DNA of 63,506 bases, filler included, from Octopus bimaculoides (GCF_001194135.2; 5 parts of 5 records of this genome joined end to end with filler, not necessarily neighbours in it), one strand, 5' to 3'; counted from the first letter of the whole stretch, positions 1 through 13,859 are shown. Notes: generated by a model from the letters alone, not told the origin. Numbers and translations: made by a program.

Positions 1-211
1 AAGGAGGCGAGCTGGCAGAATCGTTAACACGGCGGGCGAAATGTTTATCGGTATTTCGTAGGTTGTAAGATTTTGAGTTCGAATTCCACCGAGGTCGACT
101 TGCATTTCATCCTTCGGAATCGATAAAATCAGTGACATACTGGTTCGATGTAATCAGTTTAATCCCTTCATGCAAAATTTGGGGCTTTGTACTTCCAGTA
201 GAAAGGATTCA
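1..211 (+). mobile_element. tRNA-headed SINE, family A (tail type i)
   Basis: Head GGCGAGCTGGCAGAATCGTTA, B-box-like GAGTTCGAATTCC, body GAGGTCGACTT..TTTCATCC, tail ..AGTAGAAAGGATT. The same sequence recurs about 10 times in the window. Confidence 0.85.
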
Positions 212-553
212 TTAAAGTTGAAAAAAGTGTGACACTGACGTTCGCATTTATCATATTAGATATGTTTAATTTTGGGGAAACTTTACTTCCATTAAAGTGT
301 ATTTTATATATGTGTGTTAATATATATATATATATATGTTAAAGAAAGCAAAAAATGATAGTGTTCAGTATGATGGCTACAGGAATTTCTGTCAAAGAGA
401 CATGGTTAAACAAAGTTGTTCTTCATATCCCTCTTTTTCTCCTATACCCACACTTTCTTTCTCTCTTATACCTCCCACTGCCACCATCATCACTACTACT
501 TTTAATAGAACATCATCAACTCTCGCTAAATTTCTTTGTCTCTATTTCTCGCC

Positions 554-588
<35 letters not shown>

Positions 589-1011
589 NNNNNNNNNNNN
601 NNNNNNNNNNNNNNNNNNNNNNNNNNNNNNNNNNNNNNNNNNNNNNNNNNNNNNNNNNNNNNNNNNNNNNNNNNNNNNNNNNNNNNNNNNNNNNNNNNNN
701 NNNNNNNNNNNNNNNNNNNNNNNNNNNNNNNNNNNNNNNNNNNNNNNNNNNNNNNNNNNNNNNNNNNNNNNNNNNNNNNNNNNNNNNNNNNNNNNNNNNN
801 NNNNNNNNNNNNNNNNNNNNNNNNNNNNNNNNNNNNNNNNNNNNNNNNNNNNNNNNNNNNNNNNNNNNNNNNNNNNNNNNNNNNNNNNNNNNNNNNNNNN
901 NNNNNNNNNNNNNNNNNNNNNNNNNNNNNNNNNNNNNNNNNNNNNNNNNNNNNNNNNNNNNNNNNNNNNNNNNNNNNNNNNNNNNNNNNNNNNNNNNNNN
1001 NNNNNNNNNNN

Positions 1012-1069
<58 letters not shown>

Positions 1070-1965
1070 ATGTATATATTAACTTGCATATAGATAGATA
1101 GATAGATAGACAGGTTAATAGCTCCGTGTATCTATGCGTATACAAGTTAATATGTTTTCACCCGTAAATTAGTATTTTAACCAATGCAGATGGATCTCCA
1201 GGTAAAAATTAAGTAGTAATGACTGTATGCTCGACTACTTCCTTCATAATTTTGCCCGAGCATGGCCACGATCCATTGACTGTAGCCAGTGAAAGAATAA
1301 AAGGCTAATATCATACAATACGTTTTCAATTATATATATGTACCACAAGAAGATCAGGTTCACAATAGACTTCTGCATAATATAGTTTAGATAATGGATA
1401 ATAACATATGTAGATGTTTTTTTCTAACGAAATCCATTAAGCTGCAGAACGAAACACAATACGTAAAGAGCAAAAGCTTTCCAATTCTAGAAATGATATT
1501 GTGCCAAGACCATTATTTACGATATGTAAGGTACTTAGATGTCAGAATCATTTGCGCGTCGGGCAACATGCTTAGTGTTAGTTGTTTCTGGCTCTTTACA
1601 TTCTGAGCTCAAATCCAGTGGGTGTCAACTTCAACTGTTATCCTTTTAGGAGTCGATAACATAAATTATCAGTCAAGTATAGGGATCGTTGTAACCAATG
1701 TTTCCCTTCCCAAACATAGAGAGAAATATTTATGACATGTAGCGATTTGAATAAACGACAAAACGTGAATACAATGAGAGTGTCATGAAAACTAGTGTTT
1801 CCTATTTTGAGCAGGACATAGCTTCTCAACAACAAAAACCAAACACCATTTCAAACTAGCAGAAAATCATATAACTCATGCAAGCAAGTCTTCTAAGTAT
1901 TAAGAAAAAGCTTGTTTGTCTAAAAACATGTTTTCACTGGAAGTAAGTCAAACTTAGCGAGAACC

Positions 1966-2049
1966 AAATTATCTTTTTAAATATATCTCCAACAATTGTC
2001 TTTTAAAATATATCTCCAATAATTATCTTTTCAAATATATCTCCAACAT
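1966..2049. repeat. ~28-bp minisatellite x3
   Basis: AATT(A/G)TCTTTTnAAATATATCTCCAA repeated three times. Confidence 0.8.
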
Positions 2050-2449
2050 ATATAGTCCAATATATTATTTGTCTAGCCCCTTTTGCATCTACAATCATTC
2101 CTTTCACCTGATTGTTGTTCTCAGGGTCTTAGGTGGGTACGGTCCAGCCACTCCAGCGCTCTGGGGGTGCTTTTCTTCACTACCGAGGTGATGGTGAGTG
2201 GTCTTCCCCTCTGTGACCTGGTGCGGTTTGTATTATACAAGTATTAGTATTTGCTTTTATCTTCCTTTTGCGATTATAATACTTCTTTACTTTTATTTGG
2301 TAATACTTTTTTTAGTGTATTTTTAAATACATTTTTATTTTTATTTATTATTTTAATTTTATTTTTTATTATTTTTATCATTATTTATATTTTATACATT
2401 TATATTTTTTGTTTTTGTACGATATTCTTAGCATATGCATACCCTCCGT

Positions 2450-2831
2450 GGAGGCGCAATGGCCCAGTGGTTAGGGCAGCGGACTCGCGGTCATAGGATC
2501 GCGGTTTCGATTCCCAGACCGGGCGTTGTGAGTGTTTATTGAGCGAAAACACCTAAAGCTCCACGAGACTCCGGCAGGGGATGGTGGCGAACTCTGCTGT
2601 ACTCTTTCACCACAACTTTCTCTCACTCTTACTTCTTGTTTCTGTTGTGCCTGTAATTCAAAGGGCCAGCCTTGTCACACTGTGTCACGCTGAATATCCC
2701 AGAGAACTACGTTAAGGGTACACGTGTCTGTGGAGTGCTCAGCCACTTGCACGTTAATTTCACGAGCAGGCTGTTCCGTTGATCGGATCGACTGGAACCC
2801 TCGACGTCGTAAGCGACGGAGTGCCAACAAC
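2450..2831 (+). mobile_element. Full-length tRNA-derived SINE, family D, with ~15-bp TSD
   Basis: tRNA-like head (TGGCCCAGTGG A box, GTTTCGATTCC B box) and tail GACGGAGTGCCAACAAC. Flanked by ATGCATACCCTCCGT (2435-2449) and ATGCATACACTCCAT (2832-2846). Paralog at 51998-52361. Confidence 0.9.
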
Positions 2832-3076
2832 ATGCATACACTCCATATATAAGATAAATATTTCACTTCATAAGCATGCAACCTTCATTACTAAAAATAT
2901 ATATAATGGGCTTCTTTCTGACCTCGTCTACCAAATCCTCTAACATGGTTTAGTGTCCAGTGAAACTGGGCCCGGAATCATGTGGCTGGGAATTAGAATT
3001 CTTACTGCACTTCCACACCTATCAATAACTAGAGAGAAAAAAAAACTTTATCCTATGGCTTAATATTTGCATATGT

Positions 3077-3216
3077 ACCGTAATTTAACGTGTATAAGGA
3101 ACCCTTGTGTATAAGAACACCCGAATTTTGGGGGCTTAAAATTTGGAAAAAGGGTTTTGTATTGATGTATAAGAAACTCCCATATCTTTTTAACCTAATA
3201 TTTGACAAAATACGGT
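3077..3216. mobile_element. Small pogo/Tigger-like MITE
   Basis: Begins TA|CCGTAATTT and ends AAAATACGG; contains three copies of TGTATAAG. Confidence 0.45.
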
Positions 3217-3219
3217 TTA

Positions 3220-3635
3220 TGCTTTTATTCTTTTACTTGTTTCAGTCATTGGATTGCATCCATGCTGGGGCAGTGCCCAGAGAAGTATAGTCGAACAAAT
3301 CAATCGCAGTACGTATTTTCTGTATTTTATAAAAACAGCTATTTATTCTATCGATATCTTATACTGAACCACTAAGTTACTGGGACATAAACTCATCAAC
3401 ATTGGTTGTCAAGTTGCGGTGGGGGACAAACATAGACACACACACATACGCATACATAAACACACACACATACACACACACGTGCACACATATGATGGTG
3501 TTCTTACAGTCTCCGTCTACCAAGTCCACTCACAAGCTTTTGATCGGCCTGAGGCTATAGAAGAAAGCATTTTCTCAAGGTACCATGCACTGGGACTGAA
3601 CTCAACAATGTGGTTGAGAAGTTAACTTGTTACCA
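3220..3635 (-). mobile_element. Composite SINE family B/C, degenerate
   Basis: Reverse-complement match to the 11808-12207 copy: head, central (CA)n and 3' module. Confidence 0.8.
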
Positions 3636-3647
3636 CATAGGTATGTC

Positions 3648-3693
<46 letters not shown>

Positions 3694-4979
3694 CACGTGT
3701 GCGTGTGCCTGTGCGTGTGTGTTTGTGCGTGTGTTTGTGTATGTTTATGTATGTGTAGATCACTCCATATTCGATTCCTAGGTCCAGTGGTATGTTGTGT
3801 CTTTGATCAAAGTACCTCATTTCACGTTGCTCCAGCTGACTGTCGAGGCAGCCCTCTCTTCCTCCGGCTGTTACATCTTCCATGTTCAATGGTAGAATTT
3901 CCTCCGTTTGCTCGTGACTACATAAGCACAGCAATGCATTGTCCAAACTAGTAGTCACAGTCTACTTTACTGCGTGTGACAGTAAAGTATATTCACACAC
4001 ATACATGTAGATTCATATATGAGTGTGTGTGTTTGTGTGCGCATTCCGTTTCACATTACAATTAGTTTCGTCATGATATGGTTTTGCATTTAATGTGAGA
4101 TATAAGATCGATTTATTCAGGTTCATATGTTTATTGTTATGGAAAGAATGGAGGCAAACCGTATAGTGCTATGTTAAAATGTGTAGCATATCTTTTCCTT
4201 GGTTGAATTTGTGGGAAATTCACATCTGTGTGTTCAGTGAAATTGAACGTGTATATATTTTCTTATACGTTCATCAATGAGTTTATTCAGACGTATGTGT
4301 GTATGTGCTTATTTGTCTTTTGGGTGTATACATTTTGCGCGGCACTGGGGCCGGTGTGGGATTTGTTGATATGTAGATTTGTTAGAAAGGAAGGAAAATA
4401 ATAAAGATATATTCCTTTCGGTGTTTTCTGAAAATGATCTGTTTTAGGTTGCAGTATTTGTTTTATTCTGATGTTATTACTATTTTACTTGGAGAAAAAA
4501 GAGAAGAAAAGAAAAGAAACGTAAAGGAAACGTTGTATTCTCTTGATATTTCATGATAATGCTGTTAGAATGTCATTACAGAATTTGGGATGTTTGTGCA
4601 TATGAAGCCATGGGGAGGTTAATTTTGGGCTTATGCAAGACTTTAATTTCCTGATTCAGATTTGGTAGCGTTTCCAAGATATAAACTTGAGAAAGTATTC
4701 GGCTGTGTATAAACCGTCGTTTTGCATTCAATGTTATGTGATCTATTGTTATTTTTCAGAAATAAGATATGTGCTGTTAGTTTTGTTTTCAGTCATTTTT
4801 GCTAAAATTACCTTAATTCGTTAGTGCACATTCCTCTATAACTAATGCTGTTTGGACAGTGCATATTCCTAAATAACTAATACTGTTTCCAGGCTGTTGA
4901 CATGACGCACATTTTAAGAGCGTCACTTGCATTTTTGAATTTTATTCTGTTAGCGGAATTTAGGTGGTCTGCATTATTT

Positions 4980-5422
4980 ATCTTTTACTTGTTTCAGTCA
5001 TTAGACTGCGGCTGTGCTGGAGCACTGCTTTGGAAAATTATTTAGTCGAATGTTACTTATTCTATCCGTTCCTTTGCCGAACCGCTAAGTTATGGGGACG
5101 AATATACACCAGCACCGGTTGCCAGTTAAGGTGGGGGACAAACGCAAACACAGATAGACATACCGACCCACACACATATATGTATATATGTATGTATGTA
5201 TGTACATATATATGTATATATGTATGTACGTATATATGTATATATGTATATATGTATGTATATATGTATGTTTAAAGGGCTTCTTTCAGTTTCCGTCTAC
5301 CAAATTTACTCAGCCCGAGGCGATAGTAGGAAATACTGTCCCAAGGAGTCACGCTGTGAGACTGAACCCTGAACCATATGGTTGGGAAACAATCTTCTAA
5401 CTACACAGCTACGCCTGCACCT
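4980..5422 (-). mobile_element. Composite SINE family B/C
   Basis: Reverse-complement match to 11808-12207 with an expanded central (TATG/TA)n. Confidence 0.85.
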
Positions 5423-7057
5423 ATTCTTCATTTATTGATAGACACTTTATTATTGATTGATATTTAATGTATTGGCGAAGTCTGTTAGTATTTAGTACCT
5501 AATTTTAAGTTTAAAAAATCCTTCACTACGAGATGGAGGAGAGTTTTGATTAGGGAAATGCTTACACTTTTGAAAATGTTGGAATATATCATACGTTATC
5601 TTATCTTCAGTGTTCTGCCAGCTTGAGTTTATATATGAATTTTAATGGTTTCTTTGACTGGTTTCTAGTTGCCACTTCATCGGCTTGTTGAATGATACTA
5701 AATCATATGATAGCGTCAAGATTCGTTAGATCAAATATTTCAACAGATCTCAAGAACACAAAATGCATGGTTTGATACGCTGGCTGTAAATATGATTACA
5801 ACGTTTAGAATAATGTAATTATATGCACTGCAGTTTACGGTGAGTTACAGTTTCTGTAAATACATTTGCCCACATTTTTATAATTAAAAAGTGATAGAAA
5901 TATGACTGACAGCTCTCCTTATTTTCAGTTTTGTTGTGTAGACGTTCCTCTTTGTCATTTATTTTGGTATAAAACTGAAATATTCAGAATTCTATACAAC
6001 ATTACTCTTAACTGCAACCAACCGTCATTTTGGTCTTATTTGGAGGCAAAATATTATTTAGACGCTAAGTAAGCTTTCAGTTCAATGCACTTCACATTTC
6101 TTTATCATATTTTCTTTTATATTATTTCCATGTAAACCATAATTGTAAACTAATGCTTTTCAATAATAAAAATGAAAAACATATTGAAAACAAGTCTACG
6201 TTGTATTGTAGTATATTATAAAAGGAATATTATAAAATCAAAACAGTAACGAAACTAAATGTTATAGTGTATAACTATTTATCTTCTCCCTGTTTAACGT
6301 ATTTAATTGAAAATAACTTTTTGTTGATGTTAAATTAATATAATTTTAAAAAGAATGTCCTCCACTAATCACTTATAATAATATCTGTTTAATAGTTTAT
6401 GAAAATTTTAAATTTATCTAATGTAGATTTATTTCTTCCCCACTAATCTTACAATGCTATTTTGAATATCTTTATGAGTATTTGAATGTGAGTCAGGTAT
6501 CCGTACTTAGAAAGGAATATAAAAACGTGTGTAGTTTGTGTTTTAATAAATGCGACTAGTGACTGAAGTGATAAGCTACGATCAAAATCGAGCTAATCCC
6601 AATGGTGTCCCGTTTTCTTTTCAGCTACCCGGAAACAATAGAATAATTGTGAAGTCGATTCCGTTGAGAATAATTCTATCCTAAATCAATCATGTATTGT
6701 ATTGCAAGAAAGTTATTATTTCTGGATATTAAATGCACAGAACGAATTAAAATTTTGTGAATTATAAGGACATTTTGAATTAATACAGACATTTTGCATT
6801 CCAGCTATTGACTATTTTCTCTTTTGTGGGATTCTGTTTGACTAAATTGCCAAGTATATTTTTTGTAAGGAGGCGTGATGGAAAATTAGCTTCTACCATA
6901 CTGAATGACTACAAGGCAACTCTGTTGATGTGTTAAAATAAATATTGTTGATGCGAATTAAATGTTACTGCTTTCGCCATGAGCAATGCCTTAATTCAGT
7001 GGTGTTTAGTCTGTCACATACTTTGCTGTTGAAATTCTATTTAAATCACATTGTAAT

Positions 7058-7364
7058 CAAGAGGCGAGCTGCCAGGATCTTTAGCACGACGGATGAAATA
7101 TTTAGCGATGTTTCACCGTCCTTATTTTCTGAGTTCAAATTCGGCGGAAGTCGACTTCCTTTCGGGGTCGTTAAAATAAGTACAAGTTGAGTACTGGCGT
7201 TGATGTAAGCGACTTAACTACTCCTGGATAAGAGTATAAAAGCTGCACCTCTTTACCAAGCCATGTCGACGAAGTAATCTCATCAAACCAGCATGATCTC
7301 TTGGTGGAGAGAACGTGCTGAAACCTTCGTCCCTCTGGGGGATGAACATAGGCAATCCAATCCA
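7058..7364 (+). mobile_element. SINE family A with extended tail type iii
   Basis: Family-A head and body, then a tail ending GGATGAACATAGGCAATCCAATCCA that is shared with 34076-34417. Confidence 0.8.
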
Positions 7365-8551
7365 TGATCAAGCGCTAGTCTTACATATTTGAATTTTGTA
7401 CATAGCATTAACTCACGATTTTGCATATCCAAAACGTGTGTTGGTCCTTTTGATATATGATTAGTTAAAATAGAATTCGCATTAAACATTTTCATTATGT
7501 CGTTATTGACAATCTTAAATACGCTACAGTTTGCTTTAGAATAATATAATTGGTGAAAATCTGTGTCTGCACCAAACGGAACTATTAGTCTTTTAGTAGT
7601 TTCAGGTCAATGGGTAAGGCCACGTTAGGGTTGGTTAGAAAAAAATAGAGCTAATTCACATGGAAATATTATTGAGTTCAATTTGGACGTTAAACGTCAA
7701 CAACGATGCATATTGATCCACATTTCTGTGGTTTGGGACAAAAGCTACTGTAAAGCCTCTTATGTATCTAAATACAGTGTTAGAAAAATCGAAGAATAAA
7801 TTGTGTGAAGAGAGAAAGAGAGAGAGAGGAGAAAATGAAGAAAGAAGAGACAGAAGAAAAAAGATAGAGAGAGGAGAAAGAGAGGGAGAAGTGAGAAAGG
7901 AGAAAAGGGAAAGAGAAGAGGGACGCAAAGAAAAAGTGATGAGAGAGAAGAACGATTTTTACCCATCGTGAACGTAAGTGATACGCAATTGTATCGATTG
8001 GCTCTCATTTAACATCACCGACTAAATTACTTTCAATAAGAAATCAAAATTGAACTACATTTACGCTCTACCACCTCTTATTACGCATGCATATAATTTA
8101 ATCAATTTTTCAAAACTGAAATGAAAATTGCTTGGCAAGAGGAGTTATGTTATTGCTCGTTCTGTTAGAATTAGTAGCTGAATCTTCTTGAAATCAAACC
8201 CTTGTAAAAGAAATAAGGAAAGGAAAGAGATTCTGATAGTCATAATAAAAAAAGACAAGTTAGAATGTCATTGATCATAACAAGGACAGCACATGCAAAT
8301 ATACACATTGTATGTTTGCAATTATACATGCAAACGCATTTACATGTTTATATTAATATATACATATATATAGCGCGTGCGCACGCGCGCGCGCGAGCGA
8401 GGGTGAGAGAAGGAGAGAGGGGGAGGGAGAAAATGAAAGAATTCTTGATCGCAGGATGGTTGTATAGACCGCTTAGAAATTTCAGTAAATACTATTTAGA
8501 AGATGGAAAAAATGGCCAGTCATCCTCTACTAAGAATCGGACAATGTACCA

Positions 8552-8588
<37 letters not shown>

Positions 8589-10263
8589 NNNNNNNNNNNN
8601 NNNNNNNNNNNNNNNNNNNNNNNNNNNNNNNNNNNNNNNNNNNNNNNNNNNNNNNNNNNNNNNNNNNNNNNNNNNNNNNNNNNNNNNNNNNNNNNNNNNN
8701 NNNNNNNNNNNNNNNNNNNNNNNNNNNNNNNNNNNNNNNNNNNNNNNNNNNNNNNNNNNNNNNNNNNNNNNNNNNNNNNNNNNNNNNNNNNNNNNNNNNN
8801 NNNNNNNNNNNNNNNNNNNNNNNNNNNNNNNNNNNNNNNNNNNNNNNNNNNNNNNNNNNNNNNNNNNNNNNNNNNNNNNNNNNNNNNNNNNNNNNNNNNN
8901 NNNNNNNNNNNNNNNNNNNNNNNNNNNNNNNNNNNNNNNNNNNNNNNNNNNNNNNNNNNNNNNNNNNNNNNNNNNNNNNNNNNNNNNNNNNNNNNNNNNN
9001 NNNNNNNNNNNNNNNNNNNNNNNNNNNNNNNNNNNNNNNNNNNNNGCCACTCAACAAATTTATCGTATTTCAGACGGTAGAAATATAGGAAACATAAAAG
9101 TTGAAAATGCGCTGAGAATAGTTAAAATAGTTTTTATTATTAAATTTAAATATTTAATGGGTTTCACAGTTTACACTGATTTTCAAAAGGTTGAAATAGA
9201 AAGACGTGGCTTACGTCGCAGCTGTCCTGTTTTTGACTAGGGTTTGAAGCTTGCTCTATTTTTATAGGGAGTGCATGGCTCAAATTATTATGTTTTGAAA
9301 ATGATTCGACTGCTAGAAGATAGCCACATAGCTGGTCTTAGAAATACTTGTAGGTTCCCCGCTAAGTTCGTGTGTTAGTATCTAGTTACAATGTTTGGCA
9401 TCGTAAATTAACGTTATTTATCGTTGCTATTATGCAAAGGTATCGTAAGTTCAAAACGTTGCTTTTTCAGAAAACGAAAAAGTAGTTTCACCATTCTATT
9501 TCTTTTCACATTAGCAACAGTTTCACCTTAACAACAATACTTTGTTGGGTGCATAAAATCGTAACTCCATGTATTTTCAGTCAAAAACATTTTTGCAAAA
9601 CTTTCGTATGTAGGGCTTACTACACTTTTGAAAAATGCTAAACCATTATACTACTCTTTGAAAATTTTTATCTGAAGCAGCTGGAGATAGATTTAACAAA
9701 TTGCCAATTATTCGTTTAATAGGAATATTTACACACACCACTATTATTAAATGCTTTGGTTTTCGTGAATTAAATTTTCACCTTTATTCATTCATTCTAG
9801 TTCAGCTATTATATTTTTAGTGTTTAGGCTTTTAAATAAGAAGTTTGAATATACATGAACTCCTGTTGCTTATTATCTTTATAACAAACAAGAGTTCTTA
9901 TATAACAACGTTCTTATAACAAAGAAAATTAAAGGAAAATTGTTTAATCAGTATTTTCTTTTATTATATAACCCATTATTTTGCTACATCAATAATTCCA
10001 ATATTCGAAACATTAATTTAGTTAAGCATTCATCTCTGTTTTAATGATATGAGCCTATTAAAACGCATTATATTCTAACGAAAATCGTAGCTCTGTAGTA
10101 ATTAAACTTAGAGTGCATTTAAATATATTCTGCACCGTAGTTCTCTAGAACGTTGATTTTTAATATACCTTTAGTCTAGTAAAACACAAATGCAAGATAG
10201 ATAAATGAACAAATAAGCACAAATCATTTTAACATAATGGTAGGGGTTCGTTCCCCTCCTGGC

Positions 10264-10910
10264 AATATATATGTACAGGGTGAAGTGCTGAACCTATAAC
10301 AAGCTGGTGGAAGATCTGCCTGGGGTTAAACTAGTAATAACATTAACCAGCCATATTGATGTAGCGATTAACTTTACTTGTAAAGTTAATCGCTACTGAA
10401 ATTTTACAACTAGCTGTTTTGCCTGTTGCAAATCAGTGACCGATGGTCGCTTTGTTTACTATATATTTCTTGCTGGTGCGGACTCTGGCCATCTCTCTGG
10501 CGACCAGGTATTGAGGATGAGCAAACTAGCTCGAAAGCGAATCGGTTTCGCGACCCTGTCATTTGCTGAAGGATGGTAGGTGGTTCGCCGGGCGAAATGC
10601 TTAGCGCTATTTCGTCTGCCGTTACGTTCTGACTTCAAATTCCGCCGAGGTCGACTTTGCTTTTCATCCTTTCGGGGTCGACTAAATAAGTACCAGTTAC
10701 GCACTGTGGTCTATGTAATCGACTTAATCCTTTTGTCTATCCTTGTTTGTCCCCTCTGTGTTTATCCCTCTGTGGGCCATAAAGAAATAAATATATATGT
10801 GCAGAATGCAGAGCTGCACCTATAACCAACTGGCAGAAGATCTGCCTGGGGTTAAACTAGTAGTAACATTAAACAGCCATATTGATATAGCGAACAACTT
10901 TACTTGTTAG
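10264..10910 (+). repeat. Pair of ~120-bp direct repeats (10264-10385, 10790-10910) enclosing a GC-rich segment and a SINE
   Basis: Both contain GAAGATCTGCCTGGGGTTAAACTAGTA.TAACATTAA.CAGCCATATTGAT.TAGCGA..AACTTTACTTGT. Confidence 0.85.
10586..10790 (+). mobile_element. SINE family A, 5'-truncated, tail type ii
   Basis: CGCCGGGCGAAATGCTTAGC..GAGGTCGACTTTG..TAAGTACCAG; tail TTTGTCCCCTCTGTG..ATAAAGAAATA shared with 49121-49351. Confidence 0.85.
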
Positions 10911-11807
10911 TATAGTTACTACTCTCATTTCTTATTGAGATATTAAAACTATCTCTTATTGAGATTTTAACATGTATATAAGATGTTTTCATTTGAAAGT
11001 CATTTAAAGGAGATATCCGGTCTAACCTTATATAACAACTGTAAATAAAAATTTTAAGATACATAATAGAAACTATTAGGATTGGGAAATGGAACAGATA
11101 ATGTGAACTGAGTATAATGATTTATATGATATGTTACAGTGTTTTAAAGCTCTGATTTAAAATACGTCCAGAACGTTTTTACATTTTATTCATCTTTGGT
11201 CAATAAAATTAATATCAGATAGAAGTACATCTACTATTTTGGATTATTCACCCAAGACTACAAGAACAAGGTTTATTTGTTGAAGAGAATCTGTTATTCT
11301 AAAACGTGAATAGAAAATATAATGGATTTTTTTTTCTTATTATTTATTAACGTTCGTCAATTACTGAAGTCAAATACTATTACATTGAAGGGTTAAGTTG
11401 AGGGAGTATATTGTAGCTTTCTTCCCAACATAGGTACGGATATTTCAACAAGTAAGGTGGATTTTATGGTTCTGTAAATGTTACAAAAACACCTGTCAAC
11501 CTGCACAAATATGCAAATATATTACGAATATAGCAGTGTAGAAAAAAAGTCTCATATGGCAATTATTTGGAACAGATTTCTTTAGGATTTAATTGAAAGT
11601 AACTGTATGTATGGCATTTAATGTAATGCAACTAGTTAGGATTTTGCTTGCATTTCCTGGTGCAGCTGAATTACCCTTGCTATGCTTCTTATACCCACTG
11701 ATCTCACATTGTAAAAATTGGTCTCTCATAAAATGAGCGTAGCTTTCACCATTTTGAACGTGTTTCTTTGTCTTTCTTTCCTTTCTTTTTATTCATAATT
11801 GACAACA

Positions 11808-12207
11808 GCAGGAGTGGCTGTGCGGTAAAGAGCTTGCTTACCAACCACATGGTTCCGGGTTCAGTCCCACTGTGTGGCACCTTGGGCAAGTGTCTTCTAC
11901 TATAGCCTCGGGCCGACCAGAGCCTTGTGAGTGGATTTGGTAGACGGAAACTGAAAGAAGCCTGTCGTATATATGTATATATATATGTTTGTGTGTATGT
12001 GTGTCTGTATTTGTCCCCCAACATCGCTTGACAACCGATGGTGGTGTGTTTACGTCCCCCTAACTTAGCGGTTCGGCAAAAAGAGACCGATAGAATAAGT
12101 ACTAGGCATCCAAAGAATAAGTCCTGGGGTCGATTTACTCGACTAAAGGCGGTGCTCCAGCATGGCCACAGTCAAATGACTGAAACAAGTAAAAGAGTAA
12201 AAGAGTA
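11808..12207 (+). mobile_element. Full-length composite SINE family B/C
   Basis: tRNA-like head (GGCTGTGCGG..GGTTCAGTCC) and CORE-like TGTGGCACCTTGGGCAAGTG. Then an internal TA/GT microsatellite and a 3' module ending in (GAGTAAAA)n. Confidence 0.9.
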
Positions 12208-13294
12208 ACAGCACAAACAATGTTTGTGATCTTGTAGAATATTTTCTTTGCACGGCAATTAAGACAGAACGTCGCCTTACACGTATTATAACATAAAGCA
12301 GCGAGGAAAAAATTCTACTGAGCTTAATAGCTGGTAGCATACTTTGCTACATAATTAGGGTTACGCTGAAATAAAGGATAGGTAAGTGTTTCTAGCGAGA
12401 CTTGTTTTGATATAGTTGCTAATGACATGCATTTACGATGAATCAATGTAATCATTTATATCTATATTAAAGAACATATATAAAAATATGTATTGTAGAA
12501 AGCTTTTATAAATCGTTGTTATTTAAAACACCTTGTGTATCATCTGACATTTTCTAGTATACTATAGTATAGAACTAAGTATAATGCTAAATTCTTCAGA
12601 TAACACGAGTGACAGTTTCGCTATTTCCAAATATTAACTAACATATTAAGATTTTGAAATGGTTTGTCACTCTCAACAATTTCTCAGTGTCCTCAAACAG
12701 ACAAGAACATATTTGAATTGTTTATGTCCAGTCGTATATCAACAACTTTAGCAGATTTCATGAAATTTGAAATGTTTAATCTCTGGAGTTCAAGGTTTAT
12801 TAAATGAAACTTACAATATAAACAGCACTGATATTTCAGAGCATTATAATTTAGATTTAATGCGAATGTCTTAGTTCTGGAAGAGATACAAGTATTACAT
12901 CCAATAAATCCTATATTGCTGAAAAGGAGTTTACGTGTTTAGATGAACACAGTAAAATAAAAGAAAATAGCATAATTTAATCACGTCTTCCATTTCTATA
13001 AATTCTGCGTTTGACAAGATTCTGTCTTTCTGTCACCCATCTAATCGATTTTAAGACATTCTTCAACACGTTGTATTCAGTAGAGAATTCTCAGATAATT
13101 ATAATATGCCCGTGCCGGTATGAATTTGGGCCCCTACAGTAAAAATTCTTCCTACAAAATGGTTTACTCAACATCTCCGTGTCATTAATCCTGATTATAA
13201 ATGTTTGCTTTAGTGGAAGAAATCATTCATTATTAAAAACAAGAAACACACCACCTAATGTTGCAGTACTGTTGGAATCGAAAATCTAACTATT

Positions 13295-13325
<31 letters not shown>

Positions 13326-13574
13326 GTCTGTCTGTTTGTCTGTCTCTCTCTCTCTCTCTCTCTCCCTCTCTATCCATCTATCTATCTCTGTATCTACATC
13401 TTCCGCTCATGCACCCACCACTATATATCCTGATTCACAAATCAGGATAGTATATGAAAATATCAGAGTAGAAACGCCTATTGTCATTTTCTAATAAATA
13501 TTGCCGCTTATTAGAAATTGACAACAGGTGTTTGCGTCCTGGTCTTTTTATATATATTATTCTTAGTTAATAGT

Positions 13575-13740
13575 GATTTCAAATTTTAATACAGGGCTAG
13601 CAGTTTTCGAGAGGAAGGGGAATTCGATTGCATCATCACCAGTCCTTAAATGGTACCTATTTATCGATCCAGAAAAGATGAAAGTCAAAGTCGACCACAG
13701 CGGAATTTGAACTCAAAACGTAAAGACAGATAAAATGATT
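13575..13740 (-). mobile_element. SINE family A fragment
   Basis: Contains AAAGTCGACCACAGCGGAATTTGAACTC, the reverse of the family-A body. Confidence 0.7.
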
Positions 13741-13859
13741 GATAGACTACCCAGTGGATTTGTAAGATGACTTTGTTTTTGTTTACAACATATTTTTATA
13801 GGAAGAAGAGAAAGAAAAAAAATCATTAAAAGTATAAAAGATAAACTTAAAAAAACATT

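Noticed and set aside
336-1145. Long ORFs in the track (also near 8.3-9.2, 45.4-46.9, 54.0-55.0 and 61.7-62.4 kb)
   Set aside because: They are open only because they span N gaps and dinucleotide repeats.
2450-2525. tRNA-like sequences (also 10240-10263, 21625, 32875)
   Set aside because: They are SINE heads: A/B boxes are present, but there is no complete cloverleaf and they continue into SINE bodies.
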